Shown here: piece after piece, positions 23,101-46,290 of the stretch | Layout: each line of letters begins with the position of its first letter | Numbering within the stretch: the stretch's first letter is position 1 | From: Cetorhinus maximus | Taxonomy: Eukaryota | Direction: 5' to 3' | Assembly (NCBI RefSeq): GCF_964194155.1 | Contig: NC_135899.1 | Coordinates: forward strand, 70,990,001 to 71,054,000 | Length of the DNA stretch: 64,000 nt | Notes under the pieces: model-generated | Told to the model about the DNA's origin: nothing | What the model saw: only the letters and a program-made list of their open reading frames with translations | The model's database searches: none | Position numbers and translations under genes: made by a program

Positions 23101-26100
23101 GCAATCTCTGTACGTTGAAATTAATTGCGAGTAGCATAATTAGTAGCTAATATGCAATTTGGACTGTTTTTAAAGCCAACACATTTTTGACAGTTTCCAA
23201 CATGTGTTTTTTTATAAAGTAACATAGTCCGTGGTCATTTTGAAGCAAAAGGAAAATTTGTAATTTCTTTAAAATGTCTGTGGAATCTGTATGCTTTTAA
23301 TAATGTTTGAAAATGGCATTTTTAGGAGTTTGCACCAATTGTAATTTTCTTGTAAAAGAAATACTGGTCCATGTGATCTGGCGACCCCTGACATGGAAGC
23401 AGTACAAACAGGAAGGAAGTTAAAAAAAAGAGGCTATGTGGCTGACAGACACAAAGGAGAGCTACAAGCAGAGGAGTTGGAGGTTGAAGGTTCAGTCGCA
23501 GACACAAAGAGAAAGCAGGCGGAGACAGAAAGAGGAACAGAGAGAGTCCTTGTGAGAAGAGTAAATCACTCTCAAGAAGAGGTTAGTTTTGTTTTGGCAG
23601 AAAAGGAGACAGGAGCTCTTGGAGGACTGTGCAAGCAGCAAAAATCTGGAATGCTATGTGAATAGCTTAGGGACCTTAAGAGCTGGGTGTTTGACCAAAG
23701 GTGGCCATACTCTGAGCAGGGTGTTATCGATTGGTTGGTTGAAAAGGAACTCTGGAAAGCTACAGCATCTGGACTGTTGTGACCCAGGAGAGAGGGTTTG
23801 TAGAAGTGTGTCTTCTGTTGTCAGATGGGACTTCTAACCTACCAAGTGAAGAAAGAGCAGTATATTGTAGAACCATGTAGCTTTGTAGTGCCACAATTGT
23901 GCAAGGAGTGATGCAAATGCTTGTGTTGCATAAGATGTATCTTTGTTGTATTGACTATTTGAAGTGAAATTTACCTTTTTATTTGAAGTATAATTTCCCT
24001 GTTAATTCATGTTTAATTTACATTTGGTTCAGATTCATGTTAAAGTAAAAGTTGCAAGAAGTGAAATCTTGTTGGTAATGTTTTCGCGGGTCATTCAGTA
24101 AATTTGGTTGTTTTGGCTTACGGTTCCCCCATTGAGATCATAACAATAGGAGTTGTTAATTTAAGGATTGAGGAAAAGTTTTAGTTGAAAAATTTCTTAA
24201 TTTAGTCTTTGATTGGTGAATTGGAAAATTATATTGGGCCATAACTTCTGATCCAATGCAGTAAAAGCGCGGGGACATTAATGCACAGCATTAGTTCATG
24301 AGCTGTGCAATATAATTTTAAGCATTAGTGGAAAGCTTAGATCTGTTTAGCTGAATGAAGAATTTTTTTGGATTAATTTCGCATTGACTGTTGTTAACAT
24401 TGGATTTTTGAAGCTGAAACATTCACAAAGTTCTGGAATTGGGTCATACAATCATTCATTTGCTTTGTAATAATGCATTGTATTTCATTTCAGTATCCAA
24501 ACATGTACAGTGAAAAGGACCCAATATTCAATTGCATCCAACGAGCACATCTAAACACACTGGAGATATATCCTCAGTGGCTGATCTTCCAACTGATAGC
24601 TGGAGCTGTCTATCCGGTAAAAATGATGAAATGGCATTGTAGCTCAAAAAATATTTTGCCATGAATTATGTGCTATCTTTTTCCATGCTGCCTCTTAGCC
24701 AGTAAGACAACTAGCTCCATGTTAGTGAAAGTATGATAATTCTTCAGCTTTTATCCAAAGGACTGTAAAATTCACGAGTTCATAACTAACACTGTCTTGT
24801 TTCAACAAAGAACTACATTAAAAAATACAAAATTGAACTTGATTTCTGTGTGCAATTATGCCAAAAATTGATTCTTCAACAAACTGTTACCTGATTGATG
24901 TTAACTTCAGTTGATCCTTGTGTTCACTGTCACTCAGCTCAGCATGCCTTATCTTCACAGAGGGGAATATTGCTACAGTAGTGACTTATTTTTTTCCCTC
25001 AGAACTAACTAACATGAACACTGTGTCCCACAGACAGTGGACAAGTCTGAACGTGCACTGTCTTGTCCTTCTGCTGAAAAAAACTGACAGCGTAGGGGTA
25101 AAATTGAGACGGTTGACATAATTAATTACACTATTAACATTCTTTGGGTAAAGAGGTTTCTCTTTAATTCCCTTTTGGATTTATTAGTGACTCTTATATT
25201 TGTGAATATACAAATTAAAAAGAACAAAAAAAAACTATAATTTGTATGATATTGTATTGCATCTTAGAAACATCTCAACATGCTTTACATACTTTGAAGT
25301 GCAGTGACTTTTGGTATAAACTGAGCAGCCATTTTCTGCACAAGAAGAAAGTATTAATTTTAGACATGCACATGAAGCCTAGTCTGCTAAGTATTTTCAA
25401 TTGATTTTTATCACTTAGTGATATCCTTCATTAGTGCGAGGAGAGTGCAAGAGGAGGACCCTGGGACAGGCAGTCAGCAGCACCTGGAGGAGAGTGTGAG
25501 AGGAGGGCCCTGGGACAGGCAGTCAGCAGCACCTAGAAGATCTAGCATCTAGTCTATTCTCAAGTAGGAGTAAGGGTAAAATAAAAGCAAGGGTTCATAC
25601 CCTATTTAGTTAAGATATGCCAGGGGAACTCAGTCCCATTATTTGCACATCCTGTGCTATGTGCGAAACCCTATACGCTCCTGGTGGTCTGGATGACCAC
25701 GTGTGCAGGAGATGCCTCCAGCTGGACCAACTCGAGCTCCGGGTTTTGGTGTATAGCGCATTTCAGAATGCTGTCACCCCACAGCTTAAGGAAGTGCAAG
25801 CAGAGAGGGAATGGGTGACCACCAGACAGAAGGGGACCAGGCAGGTAGTGAGTGAATCGCCGAGTGCATCTCACTCACAAACCGTTTTGCGGCCTTGGAA
25901 AACGGTGAGAGTGATGGTTCCTCTGTGGAGACCAACCAGAGCAAAGGCCATGGCACTGTGGGTGGTCCAGCTGCTCAGGGAAGGGAGGAAGAAGTGTGGA
26001 AGGGTAATAGTGGTAGTGGATTTGTCAGTGAGGGGAGTAGACAGGCACTTCTGCGGCCATGGACGTGACTCCAGGATGGTATGTTGCCTTTTGGGTGCCA

Positions 26101-29100
26101 GGGTCAAGGATGTTATGGAATGACTACAGGGCATTCTGAAGGGGGAGGGTGAACAACCAGAGGTCGTGGTCCATGTTGGGACCGATGACATAGGAAGAAA
26201 GAGAAGTGAGGTCCTGCAAGCAGACTTTAGGGAGTTAGGTAGGAAATTGAAAAGCGGGTCTTCAAAGGTAGTAATCTCCGGATACAAGGATAGAGCAGAT
26301 GAATGTGTGGCTGGAGAGGTGCTGCAGGAGGGAGGGCTTTAGGTTCCTGGGGTATTGGGACCATTTCTGGGGGAGGTGGGACCTGTACAAGTTGGACAGG
26401 TTACATCTGAATAGGAATGGGACCAACATCCTCAGAGGGAGGTTTGCTAACGTTGTTGGGACAGATTTAAACTAAATTGGCAAGGGGATGGGATCCTGAA
26501 AAGTAGTTCAGAGGGGAGAGAAGCTGAGATGGAATTAGAAGTGAAAACACTGGTAAGTGAGTCTGGAAGGCAGAGGAAACATAGGCTAGATAAGAAAGAA
26601 GTGAGTTTAGCAAGGCTAACTGGAATATATTTTAATGCATGGAGCCTGAGGAATAAGACAGACGAGCTGAGGGCACAGATAGGCATGTGGGAGTATGATA
26701 TCATAGCTATGACTGAGACATGGCTAAAAGGGCAGTATTGGCAACTCAACATTTCTGGTTATAGGGTATTCAGATGAGAAAGAAAGGGGGATAAAAGAGG
26801 AGGGGGGGTTCGCAATATTAATCAAGGAATCAATTATAGCAATGAGGAGAGATGATATCTTGGAAGGATCATCAAATGGAAGCCATGGGTAGAAGTAAAA
26901 AACACAAAAGGGGCAAACACGCTGTTGGGTGTGTACTGTAGGCCCCCAAACATTGGGGAGAGATAGAGGATCAAATATGTAGTCAAGTTTCAGAGAAATG
27001 TAAGAATAATAGAGCAGTAATAGTAGAGTATTTTAACTACCCAAATATTAACTGGGAAAGTTTTAGTGTGCAAGGTAGGGAGGGAGCAAAATTAAGTTGC
27101 ATCCAGAAGTTTTTTAGCCAGTACATAGAAAGCCCAAGGGAGGGGGCAGTTCTGGACCTAATATTCAGAAATGAGCCTGGGCAGGTGGAAGACGTATCAG
27201 ATGGGGAGCATTTTGGAGATAGTGACCATAACTCAGTTAGATTTAGGATAGTTATGGAAAAGGATAAGGTTGGGCTGAGAATAATAGTTCTAAACTGGGG
27301 AAAGGCTAATGTTACTGAGATGAGATACAAGAGTACAGAGCAAATATGTTCCAGTAAAGACAAAGGGGGGGAACCCAAGTCCAGAGAACCCTGGATATTA
27401 AGGGACATAAAGGTTAGGATAAAGAGAAACTTATGGCAGATAAGAGGTTGAGGGGGGGACATGACTGAAGTATATAAAATTATGAGGGGCATAGATCGGG
27501 TAGACAGGAAGGAACTTTTCCCCTTGGTGAAGGGATCAATAACCTGGGGGCATAGATTTAAGGTAAGGGGCAGGAGGTTTAGAGGGGATATGAGGAAGAA
27601 TTTTTTCACCCAGAGGGGGAACCATGGTGGGAATCTGGAACTTACTGCCTGAAAGGATGGTGGAGGCAGAAACCCTCATAACATTTAAGAAGAATTTGGA
27701 TGTGCACTTGTGATGCCATGGCATACAAGGCTATGAACCTAGTGCTGGAAAATGGGATTAGAATACTTAGGTACTTGTTTGACCGGCGCAGACTCGATGG
27801 GCTGAAGGGCCTTTTTCCTGTGCTGTAGACCTCTATGAGATACTGAGGGCTCAATACGGCAGGGTCCTTAGAGCAGTATAAAAAGTGCAGAGGGGAACTT
27901 AAAAAGGAAATTAGGAAAACTAAGTGCTTGAGAAAGCATTGGTGGGTAGAATAAAGAAAAACCCAAAGGGGTTTTTTAAATATATAAAGAGCAAGAGAAT
28001 AATTAGGGAAAGAGTAGGGCCAATTAGGGACCATTGAGGTAATGTGTATGTGGACCCAGAAGACGTGGGTGCAGTCCCTAATGAATACTTTGCGTAGGTC
28101 TTCACAATGGAAAAGGACGACACAGGTATAGACATCAGGGTGGAGGACTGTGAAATATTAGAGGAAATTAACATAGAGGGAGAGGAGGTACTAGCGGGTT
28201 TAGTGGCCTTAAAAGTGGATAAATCCGCATTCAGGGAGGCAAGGAAAGAGATACAAGAGGCTCTGGCAGTAATTTTGAAATCCTCTCTGGCCACAGGTGA
28301 GATGCCAGAGGACTGTTAACATTGTCCCATTATTAAAAAAGGGATAGACCAGGAAACTACAGGCCAGTCACTCTAACCTCGATGGTGAGGAAGTTACTAG
28401 AAAGAATTCCGGGGAACAGAATATATCTGCACTTGGAGAGACACGGATTAATCAGGGTTAGTCAGCATGGATTTGTTAAAGGGAGGTCGTGTTTGACGAA
28501 TTTGATCAAATTTTTTGAGGTAACCAGGAATGTTGATGAGGGTAATGCATTTGATGTCATCTACATGGACTAGGGAATAAATAGAGCCAATTAGGGACCA
28601 TGGAGGTAATGTGTGTGTGGACCCAGAAGATGTGGGGGTGCAGTCCTCAATGAATATTTTGCATCTATCTTCATAATGGAAAATTTTGATATGCCTTTTG
28701 ATAAGGTCCCTCATGTCAGACTGGTCAAGAAAATAAGAGCCCATGGGATCCAAGGCAAAGTGGCGCATTGGATCCAAAATTGGCTGAGAGGCAGGAAGCA
28801 GAAGGTGACGGTAGAGGGATGTTTCTGTGACTGGAAGTCTGTTTCCAGTGGGGTTCCGCAGGGCTCGGAGCTGGGGCCCTTGCTGTTTGTGATGTACGTA
28901 AATGATTTGGACTTAAATGTAGGGGATATGATCAAGTTCACGGATGACACAAAAATTGGTAGGGTGGTAAATAATGAGGAGGATAGCCATAAACTTCAGG
29001 AGGATATCAATGGACTAGTCAGGTGGGCAGAGCAGTGGCAAATGGAATTCAACCCATAAGTGTGAGGTAATGCACTTGGGAAGGGCTAACAAGGGATTAC

Positions 29101-31133
29101 ACTATGAATGGCAGAACCCTGGAAAGAACTAAAGAGTGGAGGATCTACAGATCCCTGAAGGTAGCAGGGCAGGTAGATAAGGTGGTTAAGAAAGCATATG
29201 GGATACTTGCCTTTATTAGCCAAGGCATAGAATACAAGAGCAGGGAGGTTATGCTGGAACTGTATAAAATGCTGATTAGGCCACAACTGAAGTACTGTGT
29301 GCAGTCCTGGTCACCACATTATAGGAAGGATGTGATTGCACTGGAGAGGGTACAGAGGAAATTTACCAGGATGCTGCCTGGACTGGAGGGTCTGAGCTAT
29401 GAGGAAAGATTGGATAGGCTGGGGTTTTTCCTTGGAGCAACAAAGGTTGAGAGGTGATCTGATAGAAGTGTATAAGACTATGAAGGGAAAATAGAGTGGA
29501 TAGGATGGCACTTTTTCCATTAGTAGAGGGGTCAATAACCAGGGGGCATAGGTTTAAGATAAGAGGTAGAAGGCTAAGAGGGGAGTTAAGGAGAAATTTT
29601 TTCAGCCAGAGGGTGGTGGGAGTGTAGAGCTCACTGCCTGAAAGGGTGGTTGAGTCACAAACTCTCGTAACATTTAAGAAGTATTTGGATATTCACTTGC
29701 GTTGCCATGGCCTCCAGGGCTATGGGCCAAGGGCTGGAAAATTGATTAGTATAGTCAGATCTTTGTCGACTGGCATGGACACAGTGGGCCGAATGGCATC
29801 CTTCTGTGCTGTAGACATCTATGAGTCATTGTGGCTTCTTAACGTTTGTTTATATTGCACACGGTGTTATAATGAAGTAATCTAATTTACTTGATATTTC
29901 ACAGATCACTGCTTCGGTTCTTGGTATTATCTGGGTAACCAGCCGATTTACATATGCATGGGGATATTACTCAGGAGGTACATAGTATTCAAATTTTTTT
30001 TTTTAAACACACATTTAGTTTTTCTTCTAAAGTATGAGATAAATGTGTTCAATGTTAGTTTAAAGTACCATATGTACCACTATTGATTGAATGTACACTC
30101 ATTTCTGTATACCACTCTGGAATTCCCTCCATAAATCACTGTGCTCCTCAATTTTCCCCCTTGAGGATCCTCCTTAAAACCTACTTCTTTGACAAAGCTT
30201 TTTGTCACGTCTCGGTTTTTTTTGATTACAGCTTTTCAAAGTGCCTTCAGTCTTTTTTGTTAACTACATTACATAAAGCAAGTTGTCTTTTCCACCATTA
30301 CTTGCATTTTCTGTATGAGTTTCATATTTGCTGCATTTGCAGTCTTATTCCTTTCTCGATGTTTGTTTATTCTCACATTTGCTATATGGCCTGTTATTTT
30401 CACACCTTACTCTTTATACATTCCTACCTTTGCATCATGTCAGACAATCTTTTATATTAGAGCCTTAAGCAGCTTACAGATCATTTAATCAGTTAATTCC
30501 CTCTCTCCAGTTGGTGTATTTGTTGATTCTCTTTTTCCAATCTTACCAAAATGTCCACTTATCATACTTTCTAATGATACATCAGAAAAGTCATAACCAA
30601 TTTAATTTATTTTCAGATGTTGGCTGACTGGTTGTGTATTTCAAGCACTTTGTTTTTGTGCTTTTTTTTCTACTCAAATGTCAGTTTTCCCTCTCTTGCT
30701 CTCCCAGCTTGATTTTCTCATCTCGCCTAGACCCGTTTTTTTTTCTCCCTCTGCCCCCTAAACATTCACCAAACTTTGCTGAAGTCTTTTGAGTCCTTCC
30801 ACCCTCTTCAAATAGTGAGGGGTCTATGAAGTTCACTGGACCATATTATATCATCTGATGAAACTCCTACTTCCATGTGGATCAAAATTTATACATGATA
30901 GTTTTATACAGTACATTGAAATTGTTTGAAAAAAAATAGGTCCACATAGTCTTAGCTATCTCAATTAAACCATGTTTTGTTTCAGCTGAATCAAAGTACA
31001 TAATCTATGTTACCTCTGCTTCTTTACAGTGCCAGAGAAAAGAATGAATGGTTCGTATGGATATATTGGTCTACTGGGAGTCATTTTTCTGTCTATAGTT
31101 GTCGCTTTTAAAACCCTCCTTTCAACGGGATAA
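17025..31133 (+). CDS. MGST3: Microsomal glutathione S-transferase 3 paralog (MAPEG family, fish mgst3b-type), 151 aa
   Basis: Exons 17025-17180, 24494-24616, 29905-29977, 31030-31133 (456 nt, GT-AG, frame intact). Motifs [49 protein letters not shown]. Confidence 0.92.
17555..18895 (+). mobile_element. Penelope-like retroelement RT fragment
   Basis: [39 protein letters not shown]-like, [15 protein letters not shown] motifs with frameshifts. Confidence 0.9.
18896..20405 (+). mobile_element. CR1 LINE, 5'-truncated, with 3' tail
   Basis: NYRPVSL, KFADDTK, W...[10 protein letters not shown]; 3' tail ending tcgtatgta. Confidence 0.9.
20880..22860. mobile_element. Degenerate LINE fragments (same family as 400-1540), with a short tRNA-SINE-like insert near 21460-21560
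   Basis: Sequence similarity to 500-1500 on the minus strand; gggacatgaaccc B-box-like motif on the minus strand. Confidence 0.65.
23279..24144 (+). mobile_element. Possible solo LTR
   Basis: TG start and ...ATAACA end with LTR-like composition; no clean TSD found. Confidence 0.3.
24494..24616 (+). CDS. MGST3: MGST3-like coding exon 2
   Basis: tttcag acceptor; [41 protein letters not shown] then gt. Confidence 0.92.
25440..29830 (+). mobile_element. Near full-length decayed CR1 LINE (ORF1 zinc finger + SGNH esterase; ORF2 endonuclease + RT) with nested CR1 3' fragment at about 27447-27838
   Basis: ORF1 CTSC...HVCRRC and [10 protein letters not shown]...[13 protein letters not shown]; endonuclease [24 protein letters not shown]; [23 protein letters not shown]; about 50-bp tandem duplication at 25441-25535. 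Confidence 0.9.
29905..29977 (+). CDS. MGST3: MGST3-like coding exon 3
   Basis: ttcacag acceptor; [24 protein letters not shown] then gta. Confidence 0.92.
31030..31133 (+). CDS. MGST3: MGST3-like last coding exon
   Basis: tttacag acceptor; [37 protein letters not shown]; AATAAA at 31695. Confidence 0.9.
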
Positions 31134-33470
31134 ACAAAGCCATTATACCTTCTACCACAATGATAGATGTAGGAAAATAACTGTGACTGACTGCTTAGCA
31201 ATAGTTCTGGTATTATACATATTCAGCCATTTTGAAACGAGCATCATCTTAGCACTTCCTGCTATTTGTTTGATTATCAGCCATTCTCTTCAATATGTTA
31301 AGCATTCCATTTTGATTAGGTTTTGTGGGACAAAACATTTTCTATTCCATTTAACATAAATGATGCATTGCAAATTATATTTAAAAAGTTGTGTTTTATA
31401 AACTGGATAATTATAGATAAATCCTAGCAGAAAAATCACATTCCAATTTTAAAAAAAAATAATTGGGCAACTGGCTGTTACATCCTCTGCTGTAAATGTA
31501 GAATTACTCTGTACTCCAGTTAAGGAATTATAATTCTTGGTAGCTTAAATTGAATATAACAAAATGTAACTTTTTCCCCTTAGATTTGTGTTATTTCCAG
31601 TCCTAGGGATACTCAATATTTCAAGCTGTTTTCAATTTGACTTCTTAGCATCAGCATGCATTATGATGTCTTGAAATTAAATCAGTTGAAAGTTAATAAA
31701 CAGATAATGCTAAAGTGTAGATCAGGCTGATGAACACCTGGAAGAGAAAGATAGGTTAACAGGGGGGGAAATTCAACAGAATATTTGCATAACTTTGATA
31801 ATTACCTCAAACACTGAGCATTTCTTTCAAATATTCATTGAACTGCACATTTCCAGCATCCGTTTTTAAAATCAGATTTTTCAGAAACTATTAAAAGTTG
31901 TCAGTTTAAATTCTATTCAGCTAATTAAATAATGATGCCTCAAGGTATAATTTTGTCTTGCTTAGATTTCTATGGAAATCTTAATGTAACCAAATTATCA
32001 GGATCCTATGATAATTAGTTTTGACAGTTTGTTTTGGGTGGGGGGGCTTGACGTAGCTTCATATATTTGGCTACACTATTTCCAATTAAATTATTTTGAA
32101 AACAACGTTTTAGGTTATTTTCTTACCGTAAGATTTGGGAAAGACCAATGCCTTTATCCACAAAAGGAAAGTGGTCACTTGGTAAGAAACTTTTCAGTAT
32201 AGTTCAATCCATCTATAGACAGCATCAAGCCACTTCAATTCACATTATGGGCTGATTAAGAATCAAATAGTAGAAGTTCTCTCATACTGCAACAACATTG
32301 GCAGGTAAAACTCAGACTGATTATTTTTAACTACATACAGTACATAGTTACCAAGTTAAAAGACAAAATGATGAGAATCTGCAACTTTGGTTTAAAAAAA
32401 AAAGCACTGCATTTTGTACTTTAATCTGCCCTCTGCACAAACTAATTGGTAATACAGTTATGCTAGAGATGTTAATTGTCCAAGTTTATGAAAATGAAGC
32501 TTACCCTTTGTAAATTATATTTTATATTCTAACATAGGATATAAGTGGGGAATGGCAGCTTTATTCCACGAGAAGGGATTTACATGGGCCAGAAATGTAC
32601 AATTCCTGCTATTAAAATGACACACCAAGTTTCAGGTCCAAAACACCAGCTTCATTACATCCTTTATAAGGCAGCAAAAGAAACCAAATCTGTCCAAAGT
32701 ATGATATTTATTACAGATTTTAAAAACTTATTTGCACCACTAAATAAAGGATTGCAAAAAAATGCAACAAAACAAGTTCTGTTCAACATCAGTGCACTTT
32801 CAAGTTAAGATTTTCAGCTGGTTGGTTCAGCTACCCAAAACTATCATAGAGAAAGAAATAAGTTCCATATACAATTTAATCCAATATGTTATGGCTCATA
32901 GCTTTTGTACAGTCAGATGGGTCAACCACAGCAGTGGGCTTTGGGATCTCTTAATAAATATAAAAGATTCAGACCGTCAAAAAAACAAGGATTTCCAAAT
33001 ATCCACTCGCTTTCTAGCCAAGGAATGACATGTGGCACTGGAAGGTTAGAAACCAAATGGACAATTAGAAAGCCAAAATGCCTTTTAAATGTCAAATACA
33101 ATGGAGTAATATGCCTTATAGCCAGAAAAATGTTACAGAAGACGTCTGTGTTTTCTGTAAAATCTAGAGGAAGCCAGAATATCAGTGAACCACCCTCTCG
33201 AAACTGAACATTACCCACTTCCAAGTGTAAATCGAGATTTCAGAGAGTACATCAGTCGGAATCACTGATGGCTAGGCAGAAATTCGCTCACGTTAACCAA
33301 GACTGGCCGCAAGTAAGGAAGATGGCGGCTAACATGCGACTTGCTGCAATTTGTTAACAAAAGACAATTACAAATCTGATCTTCAAAAGGCGACTCCGTC
33401 CTCCGACTGCCTTTGCTTCAGGGGAATATGAAAAGCTGCACTGAGTAAACCTCCCTCCTTAAGTCACCGT

Positions 33471-33956
33471 TTATCTTCCCGAGCGAACCAATCCGGGTCT
33501 GGAAGGAACCATCATGGGCCGATGAGGCCCCATCATCGGCCCCGGCATCATGGGCATGGGGCCGCCGATCGGCGGTCTCATCCCGGGGCCGACCAGCATC
33601 ATCCCGGGGGGCGCCGGGCCCATCATCGGCATCATGGGCGGCCCTCCCATCGGGGGCCCCGGCAGGATGGCGGGCCGCGGCGGCGGCACGCCGACATTGC
33701 CGGGCGGCGGCGGGATGGCGGCCCCGGCGGGAGGCGGACCAGCCGGCGCCGGGAAAGGAGCGGTGGGCGGGATCTTCCCCTGGCGGAAAGCGGCGGTGGT
33801 CTTATCGATGAGGCTCTGGGCCTGCTCCTCCATCCATTTCTGATAATAGTCTTTGACGTTCTCTTTGTGCTTGCGGCCCTCGCAGTGGGTTTTGCGGACA
33901 GACGGGGAGTCGTGTGTCAGGTAAGTGTCGCAGTAATCGCAATAATACTTCGGCAT
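33471..33956 (-). CDS. SNRPC: U1 small nuclear ribonucleoprotein C (U1-C), intronless, 161 aa
   Basis: [57 protein letters not shown] (matrin-type zinc finger) followed by a Pro/Met/Gly-rich tail; uninterrupted ORF. Confidence 0.95.
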   Translation of the reverse strand: MPKYYCDYCDTYLTHDSPSVRKTHCEGRKHKENVKDYYQKWMEEQAQSLIDKTTAAFRQGKIPPTAPFPAPAGPPPAGAAIPPPPGNVGVPPPRPAILPGPPMGGPPMMPMMGPAPPGMMLVGPGMRPPIGGPMPMMPGPMMGPHRPMMVPSRPGLVRSGR

Positions 33957-34160
33957 CTTGTCAACTGGGCGGCGGGGCTGTGCGCATGCGCCGCTTGCTC
34001 GCCCGCCAGGCCCTGATATACCCGAGCGCGTCACACGCCCTGACGTCACTCCGATCATGTGACGGCCCCGCGCTAATGGGCATGCGCGTATCCAGTTGGC
34101 TGCCGAGGGAGGACTGAGCTTTTGTTTGCGACCGTCTTTCCCGGTGACCGAGCAAGTATG
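33957..34160. promoter_or_regulatory. Bidirectional CpG-island promoter shared by SNRPC (-) and TMEM50A (+)
   Basis: NRF1-like TGCGCATGCGC at 33981-33991 and GCATGCGC at 34080-34087; CRE TGACGTCA at 34041-34048; E-box-like TCATGTGAC at 34055-34063; candidate + strand donor gtatgg at 34156 for a non-coding TMEM50A exon 1. Confidence 0.7.
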
Positions 34161-35899
34161 GGATTCGTTTCGTAGATCGTTTTTCTTTTAAAGTTTATCA
34201 GTTTTTATTTCGTATGTTTACTTTATTATATAGAGTGCAGCCGCTGTTGTCGTTGTAAATGGTGATACTCTTTTTCAGCTGGGGCTCGAGAATTAAAGGG
34301 TCGTCGCAGCTGTGGAGTGAGCATGCGCACAGCTGTCCCTCCTGTAGTGGGAGATGTAGTTTTCTGGAGGCTGGATTTTCAGCCTCAGGGAAGGAGTGGG
34401 AGTCATGCAGGACTATAAATCCCGAGAACACTATAGGGCCTAGCCTTTCACTCCTCAGGCTTGTCTCGGTAATATTTTGTGACCGCATTACATTCCCCCA
34501 GTCGTGCGGCTGCCATTAATTTATCTAAAATATTATTTCAGATAATGGGCAAGTGGGTCTTGTTAGTCGTTCAAACAAATATTAAGCTTTTCTTGTTGAC
34601 AATATTTATGGCTTAGGTAAATTTAAGGTTGTAGTTATTTCACTATATTTAAGAATATTGATTCTAAAGTGGAAGAAATTGGTATTGATTTATTTTGAGT
34701 GCAGGAAGTACCTTTTAAAGTATGCTGGTGTGCCAGAGTTGTCCTGACTCCTTCAGTAACACCAAATTAGTGAACAATGCTTGTATTACTCCATTAAGAG
34801 CACTCTTTTTTTATTTTGGTCTCATGCTGAATTGACCATAAAGCATGATCACTCTATCACCTATCTTTGGGTTTCCACTAAACCCTGTACCAGTCACTGA
34901 TTGCTCCCAGGTTTCTGCCTCTGGCTGAAACACACTTGCAATCCTAGCATCCTGTCCAATCTTGAATTGAGTTTATGATCTCATATTCTCTGTAATATGG
35001 CCTGCCTGTCCCTCCCTTCGCCCATCTGTCACAGAAATCCTCATCCGTGTGTTTATCACATCTCAGATTTGACTATTCCAATTTCCTCTTGGCAGCTCAT
35101 TCTACACCTTCCCCTAAATGTCAGTTTGTTGAAAGCTCTTCTCGCATCCTGCCTTGGACGCATCATCCCTGTCTTTGCTTGATTACATTGACTCAGTGTT
35201 CCAATGCTTCCAATTTAAAATTTTGATCTGTGTATTTAACCCCTTCATTGCCTTAACCCTTCCTATTTGTGTAACTTCATTCGGCCTACAACCTCCCTTG
35301 CAATCAGAGCACTTCTCTGATTTCTTTCATTTGTGCATCTTGCCTGCACCCCACTATTGGTGGTTGTGTCTTCATTTTTTTGGGCTCTAGATTGTGGAAT
35401 TCTCCAAACCTTACTGCTTCCATTTTTTTTTCTCTTTTTTGAGGCTCTCCTTAGATCCCACCTCTTTGGTCATCCCTCTTAATATCTCCTATCCCTTAAG
35501 TTATTTTTGACTGCTTCTAAAGCACTTTGGAGGCATTTTTCAATAGTAATTGAAAATGTAAGTTGTTGTTTTTCCTATCCTTTGTTTTTGCTTCTTTCCC
35601 GATGTCCTCTTCTCTCTATCTTTTCTTCCAAGTGGTGTGGCCTGCTGCGGCAGGCTGGATTTGAATTGGGGTTGTGAAGATCATGTGATCCTGTGTAGCT
35701 CCTTTTCTCTTATCACTCAGCTAGTGATTTAAGGCATGTTATGTGCAAGTTCTTTCTTTAAATAATATGATGCATCAATGACACAATGTCCTAGCATTTA
35801 CATCTGTAACAATTTTCCATTTTGTGCTTATTTTTACATTGTACTGGTACTATTTGTTAATACATGTGACTGGGAGATCAGTCGTATTTCAATTGGTCC

Positions 35900-46290
<10,391 letters not shown>

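Noticed and set aside
33522-34016. Long + strand ORFs overlapping SNRPC
   Set aside because: Antisense shadows of a GC-rich, Pro/Gly/Met-rich coding sequence.
33957-34058. 34-aa N-terminal extension of U1-C from the ATG at 34058
   Set aside because: It runs through promoter motifs and probably lies upstream of the TSS; U1-C conventionally starts MPK.
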